In this document: piece after piece, positions 1-12,576 of the stretch | How the letters are laid out: each line of letters begins with the position of its first letter | Position numbering within the stretch: position 1 is the first letter of the stretch | Origin: Lingula anatina | Lineage: Eukaryota > Animalia > Brachiopoda | DNA: 64,000 nt | Direction: 5' to 3' | Assembly: GCA_051362555.1 (NCBI GenBank) | Contig: CM120641.1 | Coordinates: forward strand, 18,476,001-18,540,000 | Notes under the pieces: generated by a model | Databases searched by the model: none | What the model saw: the letters and a program-made list of their open reading frames with translations, nothing else | Told to the model about the DNA's origin: nothing | Translations under genes and position numbers: made by a program

Positions 1-1052
1 ATGCCAAATATTATAATTTTGGGTCTTGTCACCCCAAACTTCTTCCATAAATGCAGATTCAAATGTGAGAAATATTGAATAGTGACACATTTCCAACTGG
101 CTACTTCTAAACTTGAGCTAAATTTTAGTCCTATGAGTTATACAAGTTTAAGAATAATAAGTAACAGTTTCATTTTCATTGTGTTTATGATGAAAGTGCA
201 CAAAACCAGGGTTTTGTCAATTCTAAGCTTAACAGCATAACCACGTATTACTGTTACTGAGGACATTCAGAAAATGTAATTGAGCTTCAGGACCATAGGA
301 GTTATAAGTGAAAATGCTAATTCATAATACTTTGTAAATTCAAGCTAAAAATCCAATCGGACTGATTTTCAAACTCAGCATATTTTAATCATTTTCAAGT
401 GTGAGATTAATATATAACATGCCTTTCCTTTAAGGTATTTTTGTTGAAAGAGCACAACGATGGTGATGACACAGGTGATGGCTATATGTCCAGACACAAA
501 GTGTCTGTCCATAAGAGAGAATATATATTAATTAGCTTGAACAATATTCTAGATCAAAATACAATTGAACAGGTTGAAAAAATATAAGCCGATTTAAACT
601 CAACAAAATGGTTCCAAAGACTGCAAAAATGTCAACCTGTTCCCCGTTTTTTGAATTCCTTTCTTTTTACTCCACTTGTCCCTCCCATGATAACCAGTCA
701 GCTTCAACATATAGATATTTTTCGTTGACCCTAAAGTAATATTATAATTAAAAAAACTATTATGCCTATGCAACAATTATGAAATGAAAATAAAAAACAG
801 CTCTATCAAAAGGCTTAAGTGAACAAAGGTATGTTTCATGCATTTGTATTAAAAAAGTCTTAAGCAAAGACAACTTAACAGAATTCCAAGACGTCAAAGG
901 AGAAAAGCAATTCCATTCCACCGGATGCATTTCTACGGAGAATTTTGTTTTCCATTATCTGTGGATAATAAAGCATGAAGCAAAACCAAAAAAAAAAGCG
1001 TTAGCTATGGAAGCAACAGAGCGGCAATGCAAGACTTCATTAAGTCACTCAC

Positions 1053-1258
1053 TATCGTGTAATTTTTTGTCACATTTACAGAAGTTTGCTCATAGGCAGC
1101 CACAATATCCTGGACCAGCATCTTGTCATCCTCAGTCATGGAGTCGTGCATGCAGTGTTCTTGTTTCAGCTTCAGACGCATCTGTTCCATGCGACGCCGC
1201 TCACGATTTTCTTCGATTAATTTTCTCTTAGCTACTCTCTGCTTCTCATTAAGGACCA
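1053..1258 (-). CDS. THR: THR exon: T/A-box, hinge and LBD helix 1
   Basis: ttccag|TG GTC CTT AAT...ACG ATA|gtgagt; [26 protein letters not shown]...[12 protein letters not shown]. Confidence 0.92.
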
Positions 1259-4200
1259 CTGGAAAAAAAAAACAGTTGAGATTGAAAATAAATATATTTG
1301 TAAGAATTTGAAGTATAATTTTGAAAACGAATTTAATATTCATCAAAACTTGATGTAACAGTCTCCAATGTTAACTACTGGCCCAACTGTCAGTAAAAGT
1401 GTCAGTAAAAATCAGATCACCCCAGTGAAACTTTTTAAAAACAGTTGCTTTTTTTCAATGGGCCTGTGGCTTTTTTTCAGCTTTAATGTGTACTCCAATT
1501 CTTTTTTTATAAATGTTTGACTAAATGTTGAAGTTTTTTTTTCAAAATAAACTTCTGAAAATCCCATGTTTTTGTTCTTATTTGTGATAGGAAGCCTGTT
1601 TAATCTCCATATGTTAATTTTAGTAAATTTTTTAGATAATTGGACTTGGGTTGGAGAATTTTGGTTGTGGCCAGTAGATTGTCAGACCCTGGTGGCTTTG
1701 ATGGTTTTTAAGTTGAAAAGTATTTGCAACAGACTGATTCAATTTAGAAAAAAATATCATAATGCATAATAATTCCATAAAATGTAATGCAAACATGATG
1801 AATAATATCTTTCAAAATTTCACTCAATTAAGTTAAATACTGAATATAAGCTTTTAAATTAAGATTTTACCATGCTAGCAACTACACAATGAACGTAATA
1901 TTTTTTTCTTTTCACACCCGAGGCCCTCAGAGGTGTACGGGGGTTGTGAACTCTGTGTTTACAAACTCATGCTAAGTTACAAATATGTTGATCACAGCAC
2001 AGATCTCCTTGACAGTGTGGGTTGCCAACCCCAACATCTTAAATTGTTTTTTTCCGCTAAGTACAAGACTGCTAATAATCAAAATCCTGCCAATAAACTG
2101 AAACAGACCATGAACCATTTCAACGACAACATTTTCTGGCTCTAAATACCGTCAACAACCTCGATTTTCTCAGTTCCCCAAATTCTGACTATTAAAACAA
2201 CGGATTATTGATCAATCATGATATGTCCTCACCTTTCTTGGGGTTACATGGAAACATGACAATAAGCCAGCAAATTTTGTCACAATGAATCAGGTTAAGA
2301 TGAGGACACATCTATTATCACCCTGCCTACATAATCACATCTCAGAAATAAGCCATAATATACAACATGGGTGCTAAGACTTTGGAATATAGGATTATAT
2401 ATTTAGTAACTGAGAATTCAAGAGAAAATGCCAAACAGCCTTTTTCTCTCTTAATTTATAAACATCTTTAACATGGCCTGTCACTAACTCTTCTCAATTA
2501 ATAACTTAAAAAAACACTTACAATCAGTTGCCATGCCAACAGTCAAGCATTTTCTAAAGCGGCATTCTTGACACTGGTTGCGGGTTGTCTTGTCAATGAT
2601 ACAATTATTGTTCCACTTACAGTGGTATTTAAGATTTTTCTGAATAGTCCTTCTGAAGAAACCCTGAAAGAGAAATATTGAGTTCAAATCAGTTAAACAT
2701 TGTCATTATCAAGATTTTATCTACAGCAGTATCTTTAATGAGCGGTAAAAGCTGCCAGCAGTTGCAGAATGAAATTATTTAAAACCTGTTTTTATTTTCA
2801 GTGCAAGTGCCATAAAACATTTTCCACATTGAACTTTTACTTAATTTACTTAATTCACTTGGTAATGATTGCTTGTACTATAATTCAAGAAATACTATGC
2901 TTTATTATGCTTTTCCCCTCCAACAATCAAAATTAATTTCACAAACTATCATGAAAAATAATATACACCATGTTATAAGAAAAAAAATAAGTTTGTTTCG
3001 ATTTTCTCCAATTCGCATTAAGTTTAATTCCAGAGACTTCTCTATGAGGCAAAAACTTACTATCTCATAAAATTAATATATCTATAAAAATATTTCCACC
3101 ATTAAAAAAATCTTAAATCTTATCAACACATAACTATTGCAGGGAAACCTCAAATATTCCTAACAGATTAGAAAAGGAGAGTCCACTGATTATATCTCTG
3201 TTATCAGTGTGTCATACACATTGTGGTATACTGGGGGTTCAGGGTGAAAATTCATTTCCAACAAACCTACCCCCCTTCCCCACAAAAAACTTTATAAAAC
3301 ACAGACAGAGGCTATCATTTAAAATTGCCTACCCAAATAAGGAACAAAAATCGAGAAAACCTTTTTAAAACTGGTTTTAGAAACTGCGTATTTACAATTT
3401 AGCCCAGCTAAAGTGATAAAGTAAAGACATGCCTAAATTCCAAAGGTTAGTTATCATCATCCAAACTGGTTCCAAACTGCATGCTCCCCACCACCTCTGT
3501 TTGTTGACCTTGATCAGTGGGGATCTCAAACAAGTCCCACCCAGACTAATTGTTTTCTGACCCATCCAAAAAGGAAAAAAATCCCACCAATGACACTCTG
3601 GCTTGTGGCATACTTGTGGCACATTTTCAAAGCTTGTTAGATATTGCAACAAAATCATCCCTTCTCACTAAATCCTTGCTAAATTCTTGCCATATCGGAG
3701 AAGTGGGGGGGGGGGTGTTTAAGTTTCACTTTCTTCAAACTAAATAAAATTTGTGATATACTTTCACCTAAGCTAAATAAAATCTGGGGCACACTTCACT
3801 TAAATTCAAATAAAATATCTAATGCCAAAAGCATAAACCAGTGAGTGTTTTTTTTTCCCCCACCTTACAGCCTTCACAGGTCATACAGCGGTAGTGATAA
3901 CCAGTTGCTGCATCACTGCACACCACGCATGGTTCTGGACCATTGGTTAGGTCCATATAACTGGGGATGTAAGGTGTGCCAGCTGGAAGTAAGAATAGAG
4001 AGATAAAGATGTGTATAAATGCATCGATTGAGCAGCAGAAGTTATTATAAATTCATACTTCTTATTACGAATTCAATGCTGCAGCAAGCAATATAAAATC
4101 TAACTTGAGAGTTGAATTTTGTTAAATTTTATACAGTTGTGCTGTACACAGACGGATGGCTATGTGAATCATAACTTGGTGAACTTATCAAAAATATTTC

Positions 4201-7200
4201 TTATTCATCAGATATAATAAATTCTCCCAATTCTGGCAAAAGTTTGATGTACTAGAATGTGCTCCGAAACTCGTCGTTTGTAAGAAACATAACTTTTTTT
4301 GCTCTGTATTAAATGAATTAAAATGTCAATTTGGTTGTAAACAAAACATTCGAGGTGAAAAAAAAATTTTAGAAAACAGAATAAAAATAATACATTCGTG
4401 TCAACTTATTAATGTAAGTCTTTAATATAAGTTTGATATCATGGAACCTTAATATCAAATTACCATTTATAATGCATAAACATGTTCGTGCACAGCATAA
4501 GTTTTCATTACTACAACAGAAAGTGATATTCATGGGCAGAAATAATATGAAATCATAGACATGCGAAAAAGAACACACTTGAATGATAATGTTCATAATG
4601 AATAAATATTTATCTTATTTTTTTCTTTTGAAATACAGAAAACCAGAGCTCATTCGCAACCATGTAAATGCCACAAAACTTAAATAATGGTGCCATATAC
4701 TCGAAAGAAAAAAGTGCCAATGTGTGGCTCTAGGAGAATTTTCCGGATGTTTGCATTTTTAAAAAATTCAATCTATTAATCAAGTGACTGTTCAGTAGGA
4801 TGGAAGTTGATTCAAACAAGAATTTTTTTGATGAAGTTATATTAAAAGCCCTCAACATAAACTTTCAAAATAACGAATTTACAATATTATAAGCACTTTT
4901 CTAAGTATGACTAAAATCGAGAATTGTTATCATGGTTGTAACTGTAATATTAATGTCAGTCTCAAGGTCTTGTAGGTACAAAAACACAACAAAATGTTCA
5001 CTGAATCAGTGTACTCTTATGAAATAAATGGCAATGACTAATTCTTTTCCATATGCAAAAATGAGTAATCTTTCAGATACATAACTTTGGATCATAACAA
5101 TTTTATTTCTATATAGCATTTGTGGTGTTTTTTCTACTTAGTATAAAACTTAAGGGTTTCAATTTTATTGCTACAACTCATACGTTTTAAATTAAACAAT
5201 TTATGGAATTAAAAAACACAATATCTGTAAAATTCACAATCTTCCCAATTAAAAAGCTTGCATTTCTACTGAATACATTTCTTCGAAACCAAAGGGAGTT
5301 TTGGCCCAATTCCTATTGTCTCAAATTTTACGCTTTTTAGCAGTGCACACTGACTATAAATAAGACTACATACTAGTTAACATCTTAAAGAACAAATTGA
5401 AAAAAACCTAGAATAAAGACACTTAGTATCCAATATGAGAATTTACAAATATACTATTCCTATACTTTCTTCAAATAATACATATACAAAATATCACCAT
5501 CTTTACCTTTATTGTTCTTTTCTAAAAAAAGGGCACATATATATATTACACAAATATTACACAAATGTCAATAATAACTTCAGAATAGATACAGAAATAC
5601 TTCTTCCTGAAACAGTAAGCATTCTGGTACCTTGTTTCAAGAAACTTGTTTGCTTTCCCAATACTGTATAGTTTTACATGTTATAGTAAAAAACTTAATA
5701 CTTAAAATTTGTAGGGTTGTAGGGTTGTGACCAATTTTCTTCATGAATTTTTCATTCAAATCTTTGCAAATGCCAATACCATCTGAGCTTATATCAATCC
5801 ATTTTTATCTGCCTTCTTAATCAATTAGATCATTAAAGGTTTTTATTGTTACAAAAAAGGAAAATATATTCCTGAAATAATATATTCATTACAAAAAGAT
5901 ATGGCACTTCATCAAATCCTCCATATTCAGGTACAAAATAATATATGAATCATATTTCTCCTCAGTGGGACTTCAAAGGGAAAAGATGTGTTTAAGATGT
6001 TCGACTGGTTTCACTCATTTTTGTTCATGAACACTATTAAAACCCTTTCAACTCTGTTTTTTAACTTGCATATTTCCAAGGCCTTTTGTTCAAGTCATCT
6101 TAAATTTCCCTTATGTTTCAAAAGGAAATGTTATATTATCCAAAAGCCAAACTTGAAACAAAACAAAATATACCAACAAATATAAAAATATAAATTCTAA
6201 ATCCTTCTGGAAGAATAATTGTTGAATTCAAAATAAGGTTACAAATTTTTGACAAAAAGTCTCAAAGTCAGATTTTTTGTCCTTTAAAATGTCTAATCAA
6301 CAAAGGATTTTACAGCAGCCTTGCATTTCAACTGCCCATATTGTTTCAGCTGTTTTTTTCAAATTTTAGAAATTATTATATATTAGTATGTATGTATATA
6401 GTGTGATGTTGCACCAACCTGAAGGACGGTTCTGTTGTGGGTTTCTTGAGGAGTCAGGACAAGGAGGTTCTAAGTAAATCTTCATACTGTCGTTTCCAAC
6501 TAAATTTCATGTAAAGAATATAAATATGGAAAAGGTGATTATACATTTTCAAACTACAAAACAAGAATAACTGTCATCATCTGTTCTAAAGAATACCAAA
6601 CATAAAAACCATCTTCATATTAATGGGCTATTTGGTGTAATTAAATATTCATGCTATGAACAGGAAATTTTCTTTCAATTTACTAAAACTGTCGACATCA
6701 CTGACTTAGCATGCTATCTTTGAGACGCATCCTAAAATAAAGATTCACAAGCACCAATCTTTACCTTGCCGTTTACAAAAATATATTTGCCAAGCTGATT
6801 CACATCCTGGTAACAGCCCTAGATATTGCCTGAAAACCTCCAAATACTTCTCAAGTCATGCTACAGAAAACAACGCTGAGCAGATCTCTCACCCTAACCT
6901 GGACTGGACTGAAAACTAATATTCTTACACCACTGTCCTACTGCCCTGACTATGACCTCATTGGCGATAATTCCATCCACCGGTTTATAGCAGGTCCATG
7001 TGCATCTTAACAGCTTGATATTCCACATTACACCGAAGGTGGACTGCTGCACCTTGCGTAAGACCACCACCTCCCTAGACTCTATCAACCATCCAAAAAT
7101 ACCATGCAAATTTCAATTTCTTCCCTCTCTGTGCTTTTGAAACCATTTTGAGAAAGAATGCTGGGAGCCTGAATGCACACAAAAAAGAACTTCCATGCGG

Positions 7201-10200
7201 AGTTTGCCTGCCAATAGAGGTCACCACTGCCTAAATATTTTTCAGACTGGTTGGCAGTTTCATGTTTGTGTGCAAATAACTCCCTGGCCTTTCCTTTCAT
7301 TATATCCAAGTCCCTATCATATAAAATTACAAAATGTCATTTCAACTAATCTAAATCATACTCTGCTGAGAAATAATGAAAGTCTCCTGAAGTAAACAAA
7401 TATTTCCCTTTACAAAAGGTAAACTGCTAATTTGTAACATTTGACAAAAAAATTAATCCCTGCCAGAATGTAATGAGTAATGAGAACATTTAAAATCCTT
7501 ACCGAAAGAATGTTTAAAAATCTAAATTCAGCACAACTAAATTTTAAAAAAAGTTAACACAAGTTTTATCATTTATTTCAATTTGTTTTTACAAAATTCA
7601 TATGCCAGCTGGCAAATATCCTTGTCATTTTCCTCCCAAATTGGCTAATCATCTTTCAATAACATTGGTAATTAGTGAAAGGGCTTGTTGGACTTTCTTT
7701 CTCTCTCTCTTAGTTAATACACAATTAATATAAATGCATACATACATGTGCATAAATTTATTCATAAAAACTAATTTTTTTAGGATTCCTAATACATGTT
7801 GGCTATGTTAAATCATTTTAGCAAATTTAGAGTGGGGTGTTTCAGTTGAGTCACATTTAAGATACAATTATGCAGTAAACTTAAGATTAAACAATATGAT
7901 AAAAGATGAAATAATTAAAATTAGGCAGCATTTAAATATAACAGTTTAATTTTGTGTGATGTTTTATATAAGCGTAAAAACATTCAAAGTTGAAAACAAT
8001 ATCATGTAACTTTTTTCCTGTAGCATAAGTAATGAAAATTTTAAAAAATCAGTAAATTGGTCATGATTTTTAAAACATTAGATCATCAAATTAGAGGATT
8101 TCATTTTTACTTTTCAAAAATAAATACAATAAAATGAAGAATTCAAATAAATTATCCAGTAAAAATATGTACACAGTTTTCATTTAATTTTGACAGAATG
8201 CACATTTTTACCACCAATGTTTTCAGAAGTTCAGCATTTACTGAAAAATATACCTAAGTTTCTGATTAGTATTATTTATTAGAACTGATTATTTGCAAAA
8301 TGTATAATTATCTAAACCTACTCCTATAAATTCCTACATTAAAAAAGGATATTACCCAATTAAATAAATACCTAAAAATTTGAAAATTATAAAATTAGTA
8401 AAGAAAAGGAACAATATGAAACCCTTATTATATATATATCATTCCCTTATGGAATGCAGATGATTGTTTGAAAACCACACAAACGTCTTTCAAATATTTC
8501 AAATCTGAAGAAAACACAAATAAAAGAAAAATTTCATTTCTAAATGAAAAAAATTATTTTTATAGAATACTGAACACAAAAATCTGAGTACCACTATTGT
8601 AGAAGAAAAAAAATTATCAAAGTCTGTATCAACTACATTTTTGATATAAAAGCAACAAAATATTTAAGTATATAGCAATATTTCTTAAGCTGATGAAATT
8701 CTTCTCAAACAAAAATATTTGTTCAGAAAAACATCTTTTTTTTTCATGTCAAATTAATTTTTCTCTTTCCAATTAACAATTTTCATACATTTAAATTTAA
8801 GTGGTGCACAATTTTAAAACTTTACTCAAAACAATTTCACTCATTTATTAAAACATTTCATTTCCAAGGTAACATTTCCTGAAATACAATAGTCTTCTTG
8901 CTTCTGAAACATTCGTTTTCCATGACAGACTTTCACATCAACAAAATATCAAGCGCAAAAATCCAACCAGTAATTTTACACAGCAGCAACAACTATTCCA
9001 AAATGTTCATTTCGCCACCTAATCACAAACACATTTAGTTTTGTTTGTTCGCCATCTGTCCATCTGACCTGCATAATCAGAGTCCATTTTCTGTCAGGTG
9101 AGCAAACAACAGGAGCTGGTTACCAGGCAGTAATCCAGCCAGAACTTCTGGATTATGCAATGGCCAGATAGGAGCCATGTTTATTTAACCTCCAATGGGG
9201 TCAAATCAATGTGACCTCATCAGATATTGGCAAAATGGCCAGTTTCAAAAATCTATAAGAAACCCCAATCCTTTTGAAATAGTGCTGCGGTCCCCTGCCT
9301 GCCAGTGTTACATAATGTTTTTGCTCTCTCCCCTGAAATGCTCACCCCTCCCAGGGACAAAACGTTAATTTCGAAATTCACCCCACTCTATGCCACTGTC
9401 TGCGTCCAGTGAAAAGAGCTATATTGATTAGTGCTACGTCCACTGGTCAGTTCTCTGGTCATACAGGGTTCAACCTTCATGGGCGTATGGTTTCCATAGA
9501 AACACCCATCTATATTTGATTTATTGCAACAGCTCAGGTAATATGGTGCATTTGTCAAAGCAAGTTTGCACTAAGAACTGCCAATGTCTGCAGCAACATT
9601 AATTTTTTAAATTAACATTTTAGTTATAATTTTATTTCCATTGCTCTTAACTTAGAAATTGCCTGAGTGTCTCCTATCAGTTTTCATTAAGCCTGCCCTT
9701 TTCCCACCCAGACGATGTGCAATCTGTGACATGGTATTTCATTTTTCCATTCCATAAAAAAAGATGATTTATATTTCCTCAAGACTGACAAGTATGGGCT
9801 GACGCTTAGCTATTACATCATCTTTCTGTCTGACCTGTCTAACTAAATCAATAAAAAGTGCTAAATTTTTCTGCCCGATGCACCAAGAGAGTTCCAATTT
9901 CAGCAGCTGCCGCCAAAAGCAATTTGCCTTTATTCAGCCAAAAATTTGCTTATTTTCCTAACCATTTCCTGAAGTAATCACCCAAAAACATACTCGGAAG
10001 CAAAATGTTTCAAACCTTTCAGAACCCTTAAGTCCTCCTTTTGCCTTTTTTTTTATTTTTGTCTAAAAATGTGAAAAAAAATGTTACATAACGAATCCTA
10101 CAAAAAATGCCAAGTAGGTTGTTGAAGATTCTTTTCTTAATACTCTGACATTTACCTATTCATTCCAACTGATAATATGAACAGTTAACTACATGCATGG

Positions 10201-12425
10201 CCAATCCTAGTGCTAGGTCAGCACACTCAAAGACTTGTCTGAAAAATATGCAAATGAACCAGTCTCTTTTTGCAAGGCCACAGCTTAATATTCCATCAAA
10301 AACACATTCCCACTCTTTTTTTTACTTCCCTTTTATTTAAGTTTCTTTCTTTTCATTAGATTAATATATTCTACCTTCAACACATCAGATTACTAACAAA
10401 ATATGCTGCCAGCATCCAAACCTGTCTGGGTATTATGTAATTTTTTCAACTCAAAGGCCACTGGGTCACAGTTGTTTACAACTAGTGCACAGCCAATTGC
10501 ATACAGCCTGCGGCATCCTATATCATCAGGCATGCGCAGAGGAACGATGCCTGGACAGAGCCATATGTATTTTTTTTCATGTTAATGACAGCAAGATTCC
10601 AATACCCACAGATAAAAAATTCAACATACTTGCTTGTCACCCAGTAACCTGCTTTCTTATCATCATCTCAATAAACAACATCACTGGGTTTCTTAACAGG
10701 TCTGTAAATTTGATCCGCCCTTTAAATGTAGGACAAAAGTTGGTCGGATAAATAAAAACAGCTCGACTCTCAATGTCACCTTGGCAGTGAGGCATCTATC
10801 ACTTTTTCATATCTGACAATTGTTTGCAAATGGTCAATAACACCTTATCAGTTCAAACTAACATGGCTGTCTGGACGCCACCCCCCCTGCCCTTAGATGA
10901 TGTAATAGGTTTGCCCTAGATCGACCTGGTCACTGACAACTGACCAGAGTAACCAGACCAAGACCAGAACCAACTCTTGTCAAACTTTTGAAATCAAGAC
11001 ACAGATGTAGCTACAGACCAGTGAGCTGCTCATATTTAAATTCTGTTTATGTCCTTATCAAGGCTTTCTAGTTCTACCCCTTCTAACTGCTGTCCCTACT
11101 TTTTAACAATAAGCCACCAACTGCAAGAATTAATGAACATTACACAATTTGTATCAATTATCTGAATATTAGTTTCTACACATAAGTTACCTCTCTCAAA
11201 TTGATTTGTTCATTGAGGAGTTGAAAATTAAAAGATTTTTTAAAATATCATAACATCTTGGGCTAAATAGTCAATAATGCAAAATGAAATGTATGTTATC
11301 TTAATTATATTGAAAAAAAAAAAAGAAAAAAAAAACCTCAAGAATTCCAGTTAAATTGCTAACATGACTCTCAGTCTTCACCAGCCTCTTTTATCTGAAA
11401 GTTGCACAGAAATCTGAAGACTAGTCCTGCTTTGAAATATTTTGCTTAAAAGCCCCATGAAATGCAATCTTACCCAACAGATACCCTAATATTACTTTTA
11501 ACGAATATTTTTATCTAACTTAATCAATTTAAATGAAAATATGAAAATTGCATACAGTGATATCCGTACTTTAAAACAGTAACTGATATAATTTTAATCT
11601 ACAATGTTAACAAATGCAGATTATCTTTATGACACCAGAATTGACAACATATCTACAATATGCAGCTCAACATTGCCTCAAATTAACTTCTCTTGAAGAT
11701 TAAAAAATTTGTTTTTTTCACTATGTTTTACCCATTTCTATCATTAAAAAACTTTCCCACAGAAAAAAAAACATTTCCTATGCTCACTATATCTCACTTT
11801 CAAAATAAATAAAATTCAAGGAAACCTTTTTTATTAACGATATACATAAAAATGCTGCTCCCTGTAAATAAAGTTTGTCACAATTTGCATCACTGTCCTT
11901 AACCTGTCCATTGTAACTTGTATGTGATAACTTCACCCACAAATTTTAATTTTCAACTTCACATAAATGACAGTTGTTGATTTTTGGCCAACTATAAGAA
12001 GCGAGAAAAAAAGCTTAAAAGTCTTTCGAAAAATTAAGGTTAACTCTTTTAATATCTCACGGTTTCGCTAGACAAGAAGAGCAGCTCTCGTTCGAGGACT
12101 GACCAGTTCAACTGCGGTGAGTGGGGATTACGTAATAAGTATGTGGTATCGACGGGCATTTTCAACGATCTATGTTTGGCACTTTCTTCCGTCGAACGGC
12201 TGAAAAACGGCACATTTTTAAGATCCAATCCGTATTTCCAACATGGCTGCAGAAAATTGTGTAATCAAACTTGTGCCTGACTCGGCAAAAGAAGAAGCAA
12301 ATACTGAAAGGCTCACCTTTTGGTTTTTTTCTAGGTGGGTCCCCGTATGGTGGTGAATACCCAGCCATCATGTGCTGGCCATCACTCCGTGGCGAGTACA
12401 GGTTGGGTGGGAGCGGTAAATTCAT
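1053..12425 (-). CDS. THR: Thyroid hormone receptor (NR1A), 5' part; join of exons 12425-12317, 3982-3864, 2663-2522, 1258-1053; LBD continues beyond the left window edge
   Basis: Spliced translation MNLPLPP...[60 protein letters not shown]...[44 protein letters not shown]. It carries the TR-diagnostic [19 protein letters not shown] and [16 protein letters not shown] motifs. All introns are GT-AG with matching phases (1,0,1). Confidence 0.95.
2522..2663 (-). CDS. THR: THR exon: second zinc finger
   Basis: tttcag|GGT TTC TTC AGA...GCA ACT GAT T|gtaagt; 142 nt; [47 protein letters not shown]. Confidence 0.95.
3864..3982 (-). CDS. THR: THR exon: first zinc finger (not in the ORF track)
   Basis: ttccag|CT GGC ACA CCT TAC ATC CCC AGT TAT...TGT GAA GGC TGT AAG|gtgggg; encodes [39 protein letters not shown]. 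Confidence 0.95.
6934..6958 (-). promoter_or_regulatory. Composite DR5+DR2 RARE-like element in THR intron 1
   Basis: Minus strand reads AGGTCA tagtc AGGGCA gt AGGACA. Confidence 0.45.
10912..10927 (-). promoter_or_regulatory. DR4 TRE-like element in THR intron 1
   Basis: Minus strand reads AGGTCG atct AGGGCA. Confidence 0.3.
12317..12425 (-). CDS. THR: THR coding exon 1 (A/B region, start ATG)
   Basis: ATG at 12425-12423, 36 codons ending PPRKKPK, then G|GTGAGC donor (phase 1) matching the phase-1 acceptor at 3982; lies in a CpG-rich promoter-like region. Confidence 0.8.
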
Positions 12426-12558
12426 GAAAAAGATGTCGTTAGCCGTCTCTCTCCGAGATTTTGATGGCCGGTATTATCTCCAAACCTTCCTCCTTTCCGT
12501 TTCTCTGTTGTCTCTACATAAATCTGCCCAACGAAGTCCACCGTCTCGGCCACAAGAA

Positions 12559-12576
12559 AGGTCATCAGCTTGACCT
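12559..12576. promoter_or_regulatory. Perfect nuclear-receptor inverted repeat IR6 (AGGTCA tcagct TGACCT) at the THR 5' end
   Basis: Read directly, about 135-150 bp upstream of the THR ATG. Confidence 0.5.

Noticed and set aside
430-740. Possible further THR LBD exons near 430-510 and 600-730
   Set aside because: Phase-0 translations from the candidate acceptors hit stops or show no TR helix-3 similarity; the LBD is assumed to lie outside the window.
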